64,000 nt of DNA from NCBI GenBank assembly GCA_965216565.1, contig OZ244170.1, positions 1,446,422-1,510,421 on the forward strand, given 5' to 3'. Numbering within the stretch: the first letter of the stretch is position 1; every line of letters begins with the position of its first letter. A program made the position numbers and the translations under genes. Origin of the DNA: Bythopirellula sp. (lineage in GTDB: Bacteria; Planctomycetota; Planctomycetia; Pirellulales; Lacipirellulaceae). The notes beneath the pieces are model-generated. The model saw nothing but the letters and a program-made list of their open reading frames with translations. It did not search any database and was not told where the DNA came from. Below are positions 27,201 through 36,700 of this stretch, in pieces.

Positions 27201-27788
27201 ACGTTCAATTTCTGCCGTTACTTTCACCACTTTTTCTTTCGCAAGCGAAAGTTGCTGACCTAACGTTGTCAGGTAGTTGCGAAGTTGGTCGACTGAGGGT
27301 ACTGCGGGCAGTTGCTGAATATCAACTGCAAGGCCGACGGGCTGCTGCAGCTTCTCAATTTCTGAACTAGAAAGCTCTAGTTCTTTCTTGAGAGCCTCAG
27401 TAGTTGCAGCTAACTTCTCTGCGTCGGCAAGCTTCGTTGCAGTTTTGTCACAAAATTCATTGGCTTCTGCGCGAGTCTCCTCGGTGCCTTCCTCGGCAAT
27501 GTCGCAACGCTTCCGTAAGCGCGCTATCGCCTCAGATGAAACTTGATGCAACTCAACTCCAACGACTTCCCCCGAGGTAGATTCCGCGGCTAGTGCGGTT
27601 TGCGCTGCTACGGAATCCGCTGCTTGCACCTCTGCAATTGCTAGCTGACTACTGAGCGATAAAAGCGAGCAAAGGCTGCATAATGCCAGTAGGTATCGAT
27701 TACTTGTCACCAAAAACACCTTCCTTGGGCCGAGTCGCTGAGGAGACCTCGTAACTCTCATCAAATGCTGCAGTACGCTAGCAGCCAA
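24261..27788 (-). CDS. MscK/KefA-like large mechanosensitive channel (MscS family) with periplasmic coiled-coil domain
   Basis: 1175 aa with a signal-like N-terminus, a long coiled-coil, about 11 TM segments, and a C-terminal MscS core [29 protein letters not shown]. TTG start; alternative Met at 27761. Confidence 0.85.
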   Translation of the reverse strand: [1175 protein letters not shown]

Positions 27789-27874
27789 TCACCCTGGTTC
27801 CATCCAGGGCAACATGGGAAGATACGGTGAACAGGCCAGGAGGGCTAGAGCAGCTTTGTTCCAGCAGGCTAGCT

Positions 27875-28339
27875 TTAGTTGCCACCTTCTCCGCCGATAT
27901 CTTGGGAGAACGCGTCCTGGATAAGCTGACTCTCTTTGTGTAGGTGCGTATCTAGCGACTTCAAAAATGCTGCAAGCTCGGCACAGAGTTGTTCAAATTC
28001 TGCAAGTTTGTCAGGAAGCGTTCTTTCCAACTGGGTAACGATTTGGTGTAGCTTTTCGCGTAGCGTAGCGTGCTCCTTCTGCAATGCCTCAATCTTACTT
28101 GCCAAATGGGGAGCCACTTCTACGGCCATGTCCATATAGCCATCGTGTTCCTCAATCGCGAACATGCGGTCAATTTGCTGCTGGAACCAACTCGTCAAGA
28201 ACCGCAGTCCTGAGAGCTTGCGAGTGAACAGCGTTCCTTCAATCGGCCAATCAATCATCGACAATAGTGCTTTACGCGTGTGTTCTAACGCCTTGTTTTC
28301 AATGCGGCACTGCTTCAAAATTCCTTTGTCGTCAACCAT
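27875..28339 (-). CDS. Hemerythrin/HHE-like four-helix protein, paralog of 48928..49407
   Basis: Motifs AIEEHDGYMD, LQKEHATLREKL and LDTHLHKESQLI. About 30% identity by eye to the paralog. Confidence 0.6.
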   Translation of the reverse strand: MVDDKGILKQCRIENKALEHTRKALLSMIDWPIEGTLFTRKLSGLRFLTSWFQQQIDRMFAIEEHDGYMDMAVEVAPHLASKIEALQKEHATLREKLHQIVTQLERTLPDKLAEFEQLCAELAAFLKSLDTHLHKESQLIQDAFSQDIGGEGGN

Positions 28340-28424
28340 TAGTAAAACTCCTAATCAAAAATTCTCGTGTGATATTAGATTTCGCTTCTGTATGAAAAAG
28401 CAAGCACCTCCAGATTCTGTTAAA

Positions 28425-28877
28425 TCACGCTGCCGGTGGCGTGGCGAGTGGAGCAAGAGCTTTGCGACCGACGATTTCGCCTCGACATACAATTGCCCCG
28501 CAGCAACACATAAACGAACGAAACAACACATCTTCTGTCTGTTCGTAGTCCATTGTCAGCAAACTACCAGCGGCGATATTTCGCTCCGCGATAAACAGCC
28601 ACGAACTGGTATCAAACCAAGAATTAGGATCACAACTATGTAGCACTTTGCCAGCAAAGTAAGGGTCGTCCAAGTGTGTGTCGGGTCCAATTTGCAACGT
28701 GGATTGGGTAATCTCATTAGTAATGACTCCATTCATGCGGAAGAGAATCTCGCCGCGATGAAAGGGGCGTAGAACGCGAACGCCTTGTCCACGCTGAGGG
28801 TCTACGTCGATCACTTCAAAATCTTCGATTTGCGGTTCCAATGGAACCGGCTTGAGATGCGAAGGGTAAATTCTCAT
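28425..28877 (-). CDS. SET-domain protein (putative lysine methyltransferase)
   Basis: LHSCDPNSWF, LLTMDYEQ and a post-SET Cys cluster CCCGAIVCRG. Confidence 0.8.
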   Translation of the reverse strand: MRIYPSHLKPVPLEPQIEDFEVIDVDPQRGQGVRVLRPFHRGEILFRMNGVITNEITQSTLQIGPDTHLDDPYFAGKVLHSCDPNSWFDTSSWLFIAERNIAAGSLLTMDYEQTEDVLFRSFMCCCGAIVCRGEIVGRKALAPLATPPAA

Positions 28878-29266
28878 TTCCTATAAATCACCTCCAATTC
28901 TATGACTTTGGGTCCGAAGAAAAGCTTCGTCACCCGTTCGACGGTTTCAGTATTAAACGGCTTGCAGCTAAAGACATCCAAATACATGTCGCGATGCGCG
29001 TCGTTTGTATGCAGCATGATGGCACTTGTTTGGATGAGCTGAACGCCAGAGATACCTGTTTCGATGCCTTCGCCAAAACGAGCCACAAACGGCAACCCAA
29101 AGCTAACCATGTCGATTTCATCCACCATCTTCTGTAAGAAATCAAATAGGACCTCTATCGAAAGCAGTTGATCGTTGCAGCTACGGGCAGTGACCAGAGC
29201 ATGTTGCCCATAGTGAGGTTGTCCGTTGTGCTGGATGCGTCGATATTCGGGTAGCGCAGAGGGCAT
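28874..29266 (-). CDS. S-adenosylmethionine decarboxylase (SpeD/SpeH class 1)-like pyruvoyl enzyme homolog, divergent active-site region
   Basis: GISGVQLIQTSAIMLHTNDAHRDMYLDVFSCKPF aligns with the canonical [32 protein letters not shown]. ATGA overlap with the SET gene. ATG at 29266 follows GGAGA. Confidence 0.65.
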   Translation of the reverse strand: MPSALPEYRRIQHNGQPHYGQHALVTARSCNDQLLSIEVLFDFLQKMVDEIDMVSFGLPFVARFGEGIETGISGVQLIQTSAIMLHTNDAHRDMYLDVFSCKPFNTETVERVTKLFFGPKVIELEVIYRK

Positions 29267-29557
29267 AACATTCTCCAAGCGAGAAAAACGATTCGAGGAA
29301 GAATCGAGAGAGAACCTGAGAGCAGTAACTGCAAGGAAGCAGCCCAGATTGTCAGAGAGAGACCGAACGTTCCGATCAGCAATCGGAGGCGGTCTTTGTC
29401 AGTTCAACTATGATTATATTATGTCGTAACGCAAAGTATTCAAGATGCTTTTTACAGAGATTATCCTTAAGGTAGCTGCATGCTATCATGAAATTAGAAT
29501 GGTTGTAGCAGGACGACACGCTAACCAATAAATTGTCCCTAATTACAAAATTGTTAT

Positions 29558-30739
29558 TTATTCAGGTCGTATCGTTACATCATTTTGCAGAGAGTCCGTG
29601 ATTTGATGTCTAGACGCATTGCTCTGGGAACTGCTCGCTACATCACCATTCGCTGCGGGGCCCGATAGCCATCCACGTCGCCAGAAGAAACCAATCAAAC
29701 CCGTAGCCACCGCAACCATCAACGTAAGCGCTAACGGGTAACCAAGCGCCCAGTCCAATTCCGGCATCATTTTGAAGTTCATTCCGTAGACGCCGGCAAT
29801 AAAGCTGAGTGGAATGAATATGGTGGCGATAATAGTCAACACTTTCATGACTTCATTCATGCGATTGCTAACCGCTGAAAGGTAAAACTCGCGTAGGTTG
29901 CCGCACATCTCGCGGTAGGTGTCGAGCGAGTCTAATATTTGCACGACGTGGTCGTAGCAATCTCGAAAATAAAGTTGTGTCTCTTCAGAAACTAGTGAGT
30001 GCGAATCACGCATCAGCATCACAAGTTCGTCCCGCAGTGGCCGTATCGCCCGTCGTAACATCATCAGGTCACCACGGATTTCGTGAATGTGCTCCATCAG
30101 TTGAGGATTGCACTCCGACAAGATGGTTGCATCGAGGTGTTCGAGGCGTTCACCATACTCGTCTACAATTGGAAAATAGAAATCAACAACGGCGTCGAGT
30201 AGGGCGTATACAAGGTAGTCGGAGCCTGAGGTTCGAATGCGACCACGCCCCTTGCGTAGACGCTCTCGCACGGGATCAAGGCAGTCTCCTTGTCGCTCCT
30301 GAAAGGTCAGTACGAAGTTCTTGCCGACGAACATGCTAATTTGCTCCGTCTCCATGATGTCGTTCCACGACATCATTCGGGCGACGATGAAAAGATGGTC
30401 GCCATACTCCTCGACCTTCGCACGTTGATGAACGTTCACTACATCCTCCAAGGCCAGAGTGTGTAGGTCGAATATCTCACCGAGCTTCTCAACTTTTCTT
30501 GCATCGCCTAATCCAACTACGTCAACCCAAGTGACACCTGAAGAGGCAACGTAATGCCGTAGCTGCTCGAGTTCGTGGACTTCCTCTTCCTTGATTATGG
30601 CCCGATCGTAGTGCATGATGCGCACCACGGGCTGCGGAGCACCGGGGTGGACTACCACTGAACCTGGAGAACTTCCTGGAGTCGTCATTCGCTGAACACG
30701 GACACTTCGCCGATGTCTGCGTTTACGTTTTTTTACCAT
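29558..30739 (-). CDS. corA: CorA magnesium/cobalt transporter
   Basis: YGMNF motif (GVYGMNFKMMPEL) and two C-terminal TM helices. Confidence 0.9.
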   Translation of the reverse strand: MVKKRKRRHRRSVRVQRMTTPGSSPGSVVVHPGAPQPVVRIMHYDRAIIKEEEVHELEQLRHYVASSGVTWVDVVGLGDARKVEKLGEIFDLHTLALEDVVNVHQRAKVEEYGDHLFIVARMMSWNDIMETEQISMFVGKNFVLTFQERQGDCLDPVRERLRKGRGRIRTSGSDYLVYALLDAVVDFYFPIVDEYGERLEHLDATILSECNPQLMEHIHEIRGDLMMLRRAIRPLRDELVMLMRDSHSLVSEETQLYFRDCYDHVVQILDSLDTYREMCGNLREFYLSAVSNRMNEVMKVLTIIATIFIPLSFIAGVYGMNFKMMPELDWALGYPLALTLMVAVATGLIGFFWRRGWLSGPAANGDVASSSQSNASRHQITDSLQNDVTIRPE

Positions 30740-31018
30740 GTGTTAAGTCCATGTGCGACGCGGGAATGTCAGTTCGTTTCGGATTGTCGGCTGCCAGCGG
30801 TATACTAGTCCAGTAAGTACTAATTCTAGTGACTGACCGTCGGATATCCGCGTTTGTTACATTCTAGTTTCTTGACTTAGTAATTACACCCAAGGGCAAG
30901 TTCGCTGCAGCTTCTGCCAGTTAGATGGTGACCGTAGCGTTATAGCTGGGCGTAATCCTAACCAATTACCTTGAATAGATTCACGATGCTGAGATCATTC
31001 GACTCTGCTATTCCGTTA

Positions 31019-32062
31019 TTACAGCGTACACATGTCGACGTTATCGAAGTTACGCCCATAGTAGTGCATGTATTCGACCTTCTTTTCTATAGCTTCGATC
31101 ACCAGGGTCGAAAAGTTGACCTTCTCGAACTGCTGGGCGCTACCTAACCCACCAGGGCTAAATACGTTGATTTCCATTAACTTGTTGCCGACGATGTCGA
31201 GACCAACTAGGAACATGCCATCTTGTACGAGCTTGGGGCGGACAATCTCTGCAATTTGCAGGTGTGTTGCGGTGATTTCCGCAGCCGCTTTCGAGCCCCC
31301 TGCATGAACGTTGCTACGCATGTCGCCGCCACTCCGCACGCGACGGAAGGCGGCATATTTTTTGCCGATTCGTAGGGGGCGGCCGTTCATGACAAACAGT
31401 CGCATGTCGCCTTCTTCGGCTGCAGGTAAATACTCTTGAGCAATTACGAACCCATCCCGGCTGACCGCGTCGATCATCTGATTCAAGTTGGGAATATCTG
31501 CCTGGCGAATCAGAAACACGCTAGCACCTCCAGAGCCTTGAAGCGGTTTGACCACGATGGTTCCTAGCTCTTGTGCAAAATGTTTGATTTCATCACGATC
31601 GCGAGTGATTAATGTTTGAGGACGCACGGTTTCTGGAAACAATTGAAAGTACATCTTGCTAGATGCTTTAGCTAAGCCGTTTGGGTCACTGAGGATGATC
31701 ACGCCATGCCGCATGGCGACACGGGCGAATTCTGTTGCGGCAGTGCTGGCCCAGGGACGACTGAGATAGTCATCGGAGGGCACGTTACGTAGAACTAGGA
31801 CGTCCAATTCATCCGCCGTGATTCGGCGTTTGACTGCCTTTTTGCTTTGCAAATCTGCAGTAAAACTGTCGGAGCTACCGTACTTTTCTTTGGGAACTGA
31901 TGTTGCTCGCGCGCGAACCATGTCGTCGGGATCGTAAGCCAAGTCTCCAACACCCATCACCCAAACTTCATGGCCGCGATTCACTGCCGCCTGCCCGAGA
32001 CGCATCGTCGTGAATTTCTTTTCCTCGGTTTGAACGTCGTTGACGATGAATCCTATTCGCAT
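31019..32062 (-). CDS. Glutathione-synthetase-like ATP-grasp ligase (GshB/RimK superfamily), copy 1
   Basis: MRIGFIVND..., KPLQGSGG, MRLFVMNGRP and EINVFSPGG. About 70% identical by eye to the upstream copy. Confidence 0.8.
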   Translation of the reverse strand: MRIGFIVNDVQTEEKKFTTMRLGQAAVNRGHEVWVMGVGDLAYDPDDMVRARATSVPKEKYGSSDSFTADLQSKKAVKRRITADELDVLVLRNVPSDDYLSRPWASTAATEFARVAMRHGVIILSDPNGLAKASSKMYFQLFPETVRPQTLITRDRDEIKHFAQELGTIVVKPLQGSGGASVFLIRQADIPNLNQMIDAVSRDGFVIAQEYLPAAEEGDMRLFVMNGRPLRIGKKYAAFRRVRSGGDMRSNVHAGGSKAAAEITATHLQIAEIVRPKLVQDGMFLVGLDIVGNKLMEINVFSPGGLGSAQQFEKVNFSTLVIEAIEKKVEYMHYYGRNFDNVDMCTL

Positions 32063-32116
32063 GATGTTTTCCTTTATCTCTAATACCATTTAATCAAGTG
32101 ATGCGTGCGATAATGG

Positions 32117-33160
32117 CTACAGAGTACACATGTCGACGTTGTCAAAGTTGCGGCCATAGAACTCCATGTAGCCAGCCTTCCGTTCCAGAGCACCGATCAC
32201 ATATTTGTTGAAGTTGATTTTGGTGAATTTTTGAGCGCTCCCGAGCCCACCAGGACTGAAGACGTTGATCTCCATGAGCTTGTCTCCCACGATATCCAGA
32301 CCGACGAGAAACATGCCGTCCTGCACCAATTTCGGCCGTACTATTTCGGCGATTCTGAGATCTTTTTCGGTCACTTCAGCCGCAGCAAGTTTGCCGCCCG
32401 CATGAATGTTGCTACGCATGTCCCCCCCCATGCGAACTCTACGGAATGCGGCATACTTTCCTTTTACTTGGAGAGGGCGGCCGTTCATGACAAACAACCG
32501 CATGTCACCCTCTTCAGCGGCGGGTAGGTATTCCTGGCAGATCACATAGCCATCGCGACTCACAGCGTCGATCATCTGGTTCAGGTTGGGTATGTCCGAC
32601 TCTTGTATCAGAAAAACCCCCGTCCCCCCCGAACCTTGGAGAGGTTTCAGGACGCAGCGTCCCTCCGACTTAGCAAAATCTCGAATCTCTTCACGATCGC
32701 GAGTAATCAACGTTCTCGGACGCACTTCTTCAGGAAACAATTGGAAGTACATCTTCGTCGAGGCTTTTGCCAGACCGTTGGGGTCATTAACTACGATCAC
32801 GCCATTGCGCATCGCCACTCGTCCAAATTCAGCGGCTGCAGTTGCAGCCCATGGCCGTTTGAGATAATCGTCTGATGGCACGTTGCGGAGCATCAAAACA
32901 TCGAGTTCGTCGACCGTGACTCGCTTTTTTACACTCTTGGGGCCTTGCAGGTCTCGAAGAAAAGTCTCTTGCGACTTGTATTTTGTCTGCGAGACAGTAC
33001 GTGCTCTCGCTCGTACGAGTTCGTCCGGATCGTAGGCGATGTCACCTACGCCAAAGACGTAGGCCTCGTGCCCTTGGTTGACCGCTTCGCAGGCGAGCCG
33101 CGTCGTGGTGAATCCAGCTTCTTCAGTGGCAATATCGTTGACGATAAATCCTATTTTCAT
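32117..33160 (-). CDS. Glutathione-synthetase-like ATP-grasp ligase, copy 2 (tandem paralog)
   Basis: Same motifs as copy 1 and the same C-terminal tail GRNFDNVDMCTL. Start is at MKIGFIVND (33160). Confidence 0.8.
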   Translation of the reverse strand: MKIGFIVNDIATEEAGFTTTRLACEAVNQGHEAYVFGVGDIAYDPDELVRARARTVSQTKYKSQETFLRDLQGPKSVKKRVTVDELDVLMLRNVPSDDYLKRPWAATAAAEFGRVAMRNGVIVVNDPNGLAKASTKMYFQLFPEEVRPRTLITRDREEIRDFAKSEGRCVLKPLQGSGGTGVFLIQESDIPNLNQMIDAVSRDGYVICQEYLPAAEEGDMRLFVMNGRPLQVKGKYAAFRRVRMGGDMRSNIHAGGKLAAAEVTEKDLRIAEIVRPKLVQDGMFLVGLDIVGDKLMEINVFSPGGLGSAQKFTKINFNKYVIGALERKAGYMEFYGRNFDNVDMCTL

Positions 33161-33204
33161 CCAAGCGTTCCTTTGACTGAGTTTTTCGTATGAGTGATTC
33201 TGCG

Positions 33205-36200
33205 TTAGTTCGATGGAGCTGTAGTTTCTCGTCCGTCGGCATTTGTCTGCTGAGGCTGGAACCAAAACTCACGTGAGGCACTATTTGCGGCATGAATATG
33301 CAAATCCCGTTGTGGGAAAGCGATGGTAATGCCCGCGGCAGCAAACTCGCGTGCAATTGCCGCATTGAGTTCGTGCAGCCCCTTGAGTCGATCTCCGATG
33401 CGTGCGTGATAGACACGCAGAGAAAAAATCAGCGAGCTGTCGCCAAATTGCTGCAAGAGGGCAACTGGCTTGGGTGAATTAAGAACTCGCGGATTTTCAC
33501 TCGCAACTTTAAGTAGCAAGTCACGAACCTGATCAGGGTCGGAGCCATACGCGACTCCAACCTCAATCACACGCCGGTTGGTCTTGTTCTGCAGAGTCCA
33601 GTTCAGCAAGCGACCTGTGGCGAATTCCTTGTTCGGCACCACCAGATCCTTGCGATCCCAGTCGGTAATTGTCGTCGCCCGCATGCGAATCGATTGCACA
33701 ACGCCAGTCGTATCACCAATCGTAATCACATCTCCGACGCGCATTGGACGCTCAAAGAGAATGATCAAGCCAGAAATGAAATTGGCAAAAATTTCCTGCA
33801 AGCCGAAACCTAAACCGAGCGACAGAGCGGCGGCCATCCATTGCACTTTGCCCCAACCGATTCCTAAGCACCCGGCTGCGAAGATGGCAGCAGCAATCCA
33901 GAGCGTATAGCGAGCAATGGTCGTGATCGAATTCCGTAGCGAACTATCGAGAGCTAATTGGTCGAGCACCGGCAGCTCGAACAATCCATCCAGATAACGC
34001 GAAGCCATTACAGTGCTGATCACCACAAACATCGCCAGCAACAGGTCACCCAATGTCACAGGTACTAAGGTGGGAACTCTCACATCAGGCGCGGGCGATT
34101 CAGTTCCAAGCGGTGCAGAGGGTTGGCTAGTTATAACTTCTGTTTCCCACAGTGTCGTATTGCTGACGGCATGGAGCGCAGGAAAGACGTCGCTCCAAAT
34201 CCACCAGCCTCCCAGCAGCAGCACTAGCACCAGTAGCGAGGTCACTAGAGACTGTATCTTGTCCTCTGGTTTATCCAACTGAACAAACCAACCATCTCCC
34301 GTGTCAGGTAGCGGAAAAGTTCCCTCGCTGCTCTCCTTTTCACGATTCGACAACGCAGTGGCAGCTCGTTGACGAGCAACAGTTTGAATAGCTCGTCGGC
34401 GAGCGATCAAACGACTACCATGTAGCAACAACGACCCGACGACGAACAGGCAGGCCATCAGCAGAAATGTTGAGCGTACTTCCTGCCCCAAACGTTCCGC
34501 CGAGTAGGTGTACCCCACGATCGCAAGAACGCCGAGCGTTAGGTGTGCCCCCACTCCGACGAGGTAGAGAGGCCAACGCAATCGATGTAGCAGCGTCTTT
34601 TCGCTTGGCTTGGCCGCACGATAGAGTATGCCCGAGTTCGGCCTCAACAATTGCTCGCTAAAGAGTGCGACTACCAAGACATTCACGACGTAACAAAGTC
34701 TGCCCAGTGAGTCCTGCAACCGCACATCGTCCTGGGCATTCAGTGTCGTCATGATAAGAATAAGTGGAAGAACGACGACCGCTAACGGAAACAGCGCTCT
34801 CCGCATAGCTGCGATACCCGGGGCAGACCAGCCAAGATGTCGGCGGGCAAAGCCTTTACGTCTGCAGAGCCGAATGAGCACTGCCAGAGGTAATAAGCAT
34901 ATCGCGACGTTGATCAGACCAATCCCGACTGCTCGTTCATATCCCTCAGAATTTCCAGCGTTGACTAATCGCTGACCTGCGAAGGCTAAAAACAGCGGCA
35001 ATGGCACGGCACACAGAGCGACTCGCAGTAGATCACGTAGAATTCGCCAATATCTCGATGGCCTCTGTGCAGACGATTGAGGCAAACTATGACGAATCGT
35101 CATTTGCCAGCCTAGTGTGCGTGCAGAAAGCAACGATATAGCAACCAAACCAAAAGGCAAGGGGTGCTTCGCATAGTCAGCAGAGATCGTATTCCAAGTT
35201 TGTCGGAGAAATCCACCTTGAAAGAAATCTCGTATTCCGTCAAAGGAGGCAGCAACAGAGCTTGACGACATGCTTTCGGTGCTGCGTACCCAAAGAACGT
35301 TTTCGTCAATGAAGTTGGTCAGGCTGCTGATGTCCTGAGCAAGTTGGCGTTGGGCTTCATCAAGGGCTAGTAATTGCTCAAGATAGACTTTGTAATCCTC
35401 TAGGAGCAAATCAACGTAACGTCGCTCCGCGTTTAACAAACGCTCCCAAGTTTTACGAGGATTCTCGCTCGCCTGCTTTTCGTCTGGCAACTTTCCCTGC
35501 GTAATTAGCCGGTTCATCTCATTCTCGACATTGGCTAGGTCAGAGCGTCGATCCTGGAGTTCGAGCAGGGCCAGTTGCGCCGTTTTCAGTGTTTGCTGAC
35601 GGAGGTCAATTTCACGCTCATGCTGGTCGATGCGTGGAAGCTCAGACTTTTGCTTACGCATAAGCAAGCCGATGGTCCCTGTAAGTCCAACTGCCTCGAC
35701 TTTGCGGCGAATCCTACCTTGTTGTTGATTGAGCTGGGTCGCTGTTGAATTGATCGCTGCCAGTGCATCGTTCGTAGTGTCAATCTGCTGACGTAATTCT
35801 TGGCGACGCTCCACCAATGCCAGATTAGTGCTCGCAAGGTCTGCAAACTGTGGTAAACCGGTGTTTCTATTAGTTTCTTCTTTGGCCTCAATCAGATGCA
35901 GGGCAACTTCGGTTGTTCGTTTGCGATTCAACTCACCCTGTAGCGTCTTGGCGATTTTGTGCAATCGGGCAACGCGGTTTGCCGCTACGTCTCGCTGCAA
36001 TGGCAACAAGTCGATCGTTGCCTGATAGGCCTTTAGTTCGATGGCACCCACATCAATTGCCGACTGAGTGGCTCGAATGCTAGCCTCCAATTGAACTCGT
36101 TTTGCAGCCGCCAATTCAGGTGGATCGTTGGTCTTGTCTATTAGCTTGAGGGTTTGTTCGTCCTGCTGTAGCTTCTCACGCAAACTAATGCGTTGCTGAG

Positions 36201-36696
36201 GAATCTCCTTGCGCCTAGTCGCGCGGTATTTTGGTTCTTTATCAAGGCGTCGCAGGACTTTCTTTGCTTCCGAGAGTTCGGCTTCCGCTTCAATCAGCTT
36301 TTCTTGCAGAATAGAGATAGACACTTCAGAGCCAACTACAGGTAGAGCCGCTTGTGCCAGCTGGCTGAGTTCGTACCTAGTGCGCCCGACATCTTCTGGG
36401 GCAGTTCGCTGCGATGATGCATACTGCTCTGACAAAACAGCTAGCTTGTCTGCCTGCCGCAGATCAGCAATTGCCAATTCGTAAAGCGTCAGAATCTGCT
36501 TTTTTGTCTCTTCAGGTAGAGCTGAGGTAGCTTTTGTAGCTTCTATCTGCGACTGAAGTTTCTCAACAGAGATCGTGTCTGCCAGCAGAGTTTGCGATGA
36601 GCAAAGGCCAATTGCCAAAAACACGGAAGTGGCAAAGCTCAATAATGAGAAGATTGTAGAATACTGGAACGATCTGTTTTGAAAGATGCTCTTCAT
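33205..36696 (-). CDS. MscK/KefA-like large mechanosensitive channel, second paralog
   Basis: 1163 aa with the same architecture as 24261..27788. MscS core is [29 protein letters not shown]. Confidence 0.85.
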   Translation of the reverse strand: [1163 protein letters not shown]

Positions 36697-36700
36697 CGGA

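Noticed and set aside
29279-31018. Possible Mg2+ (M-box/ykoK) riboswitch in the AT-rich 280-nt leader of corA, and likewise upstream of mgtE. Also a weak sigma54-like GGGCTG-N5-TTGC at 29331-29345 (minus strand).
   Set aside because: I found no counterpart of the conserved M-box blocks (GGUGAGGCU.., ..AAAGCC..GGGAG..) on the relevant strand. The sigma54-like element has two mismatches in the -24 core. A cmsearch would settle both.
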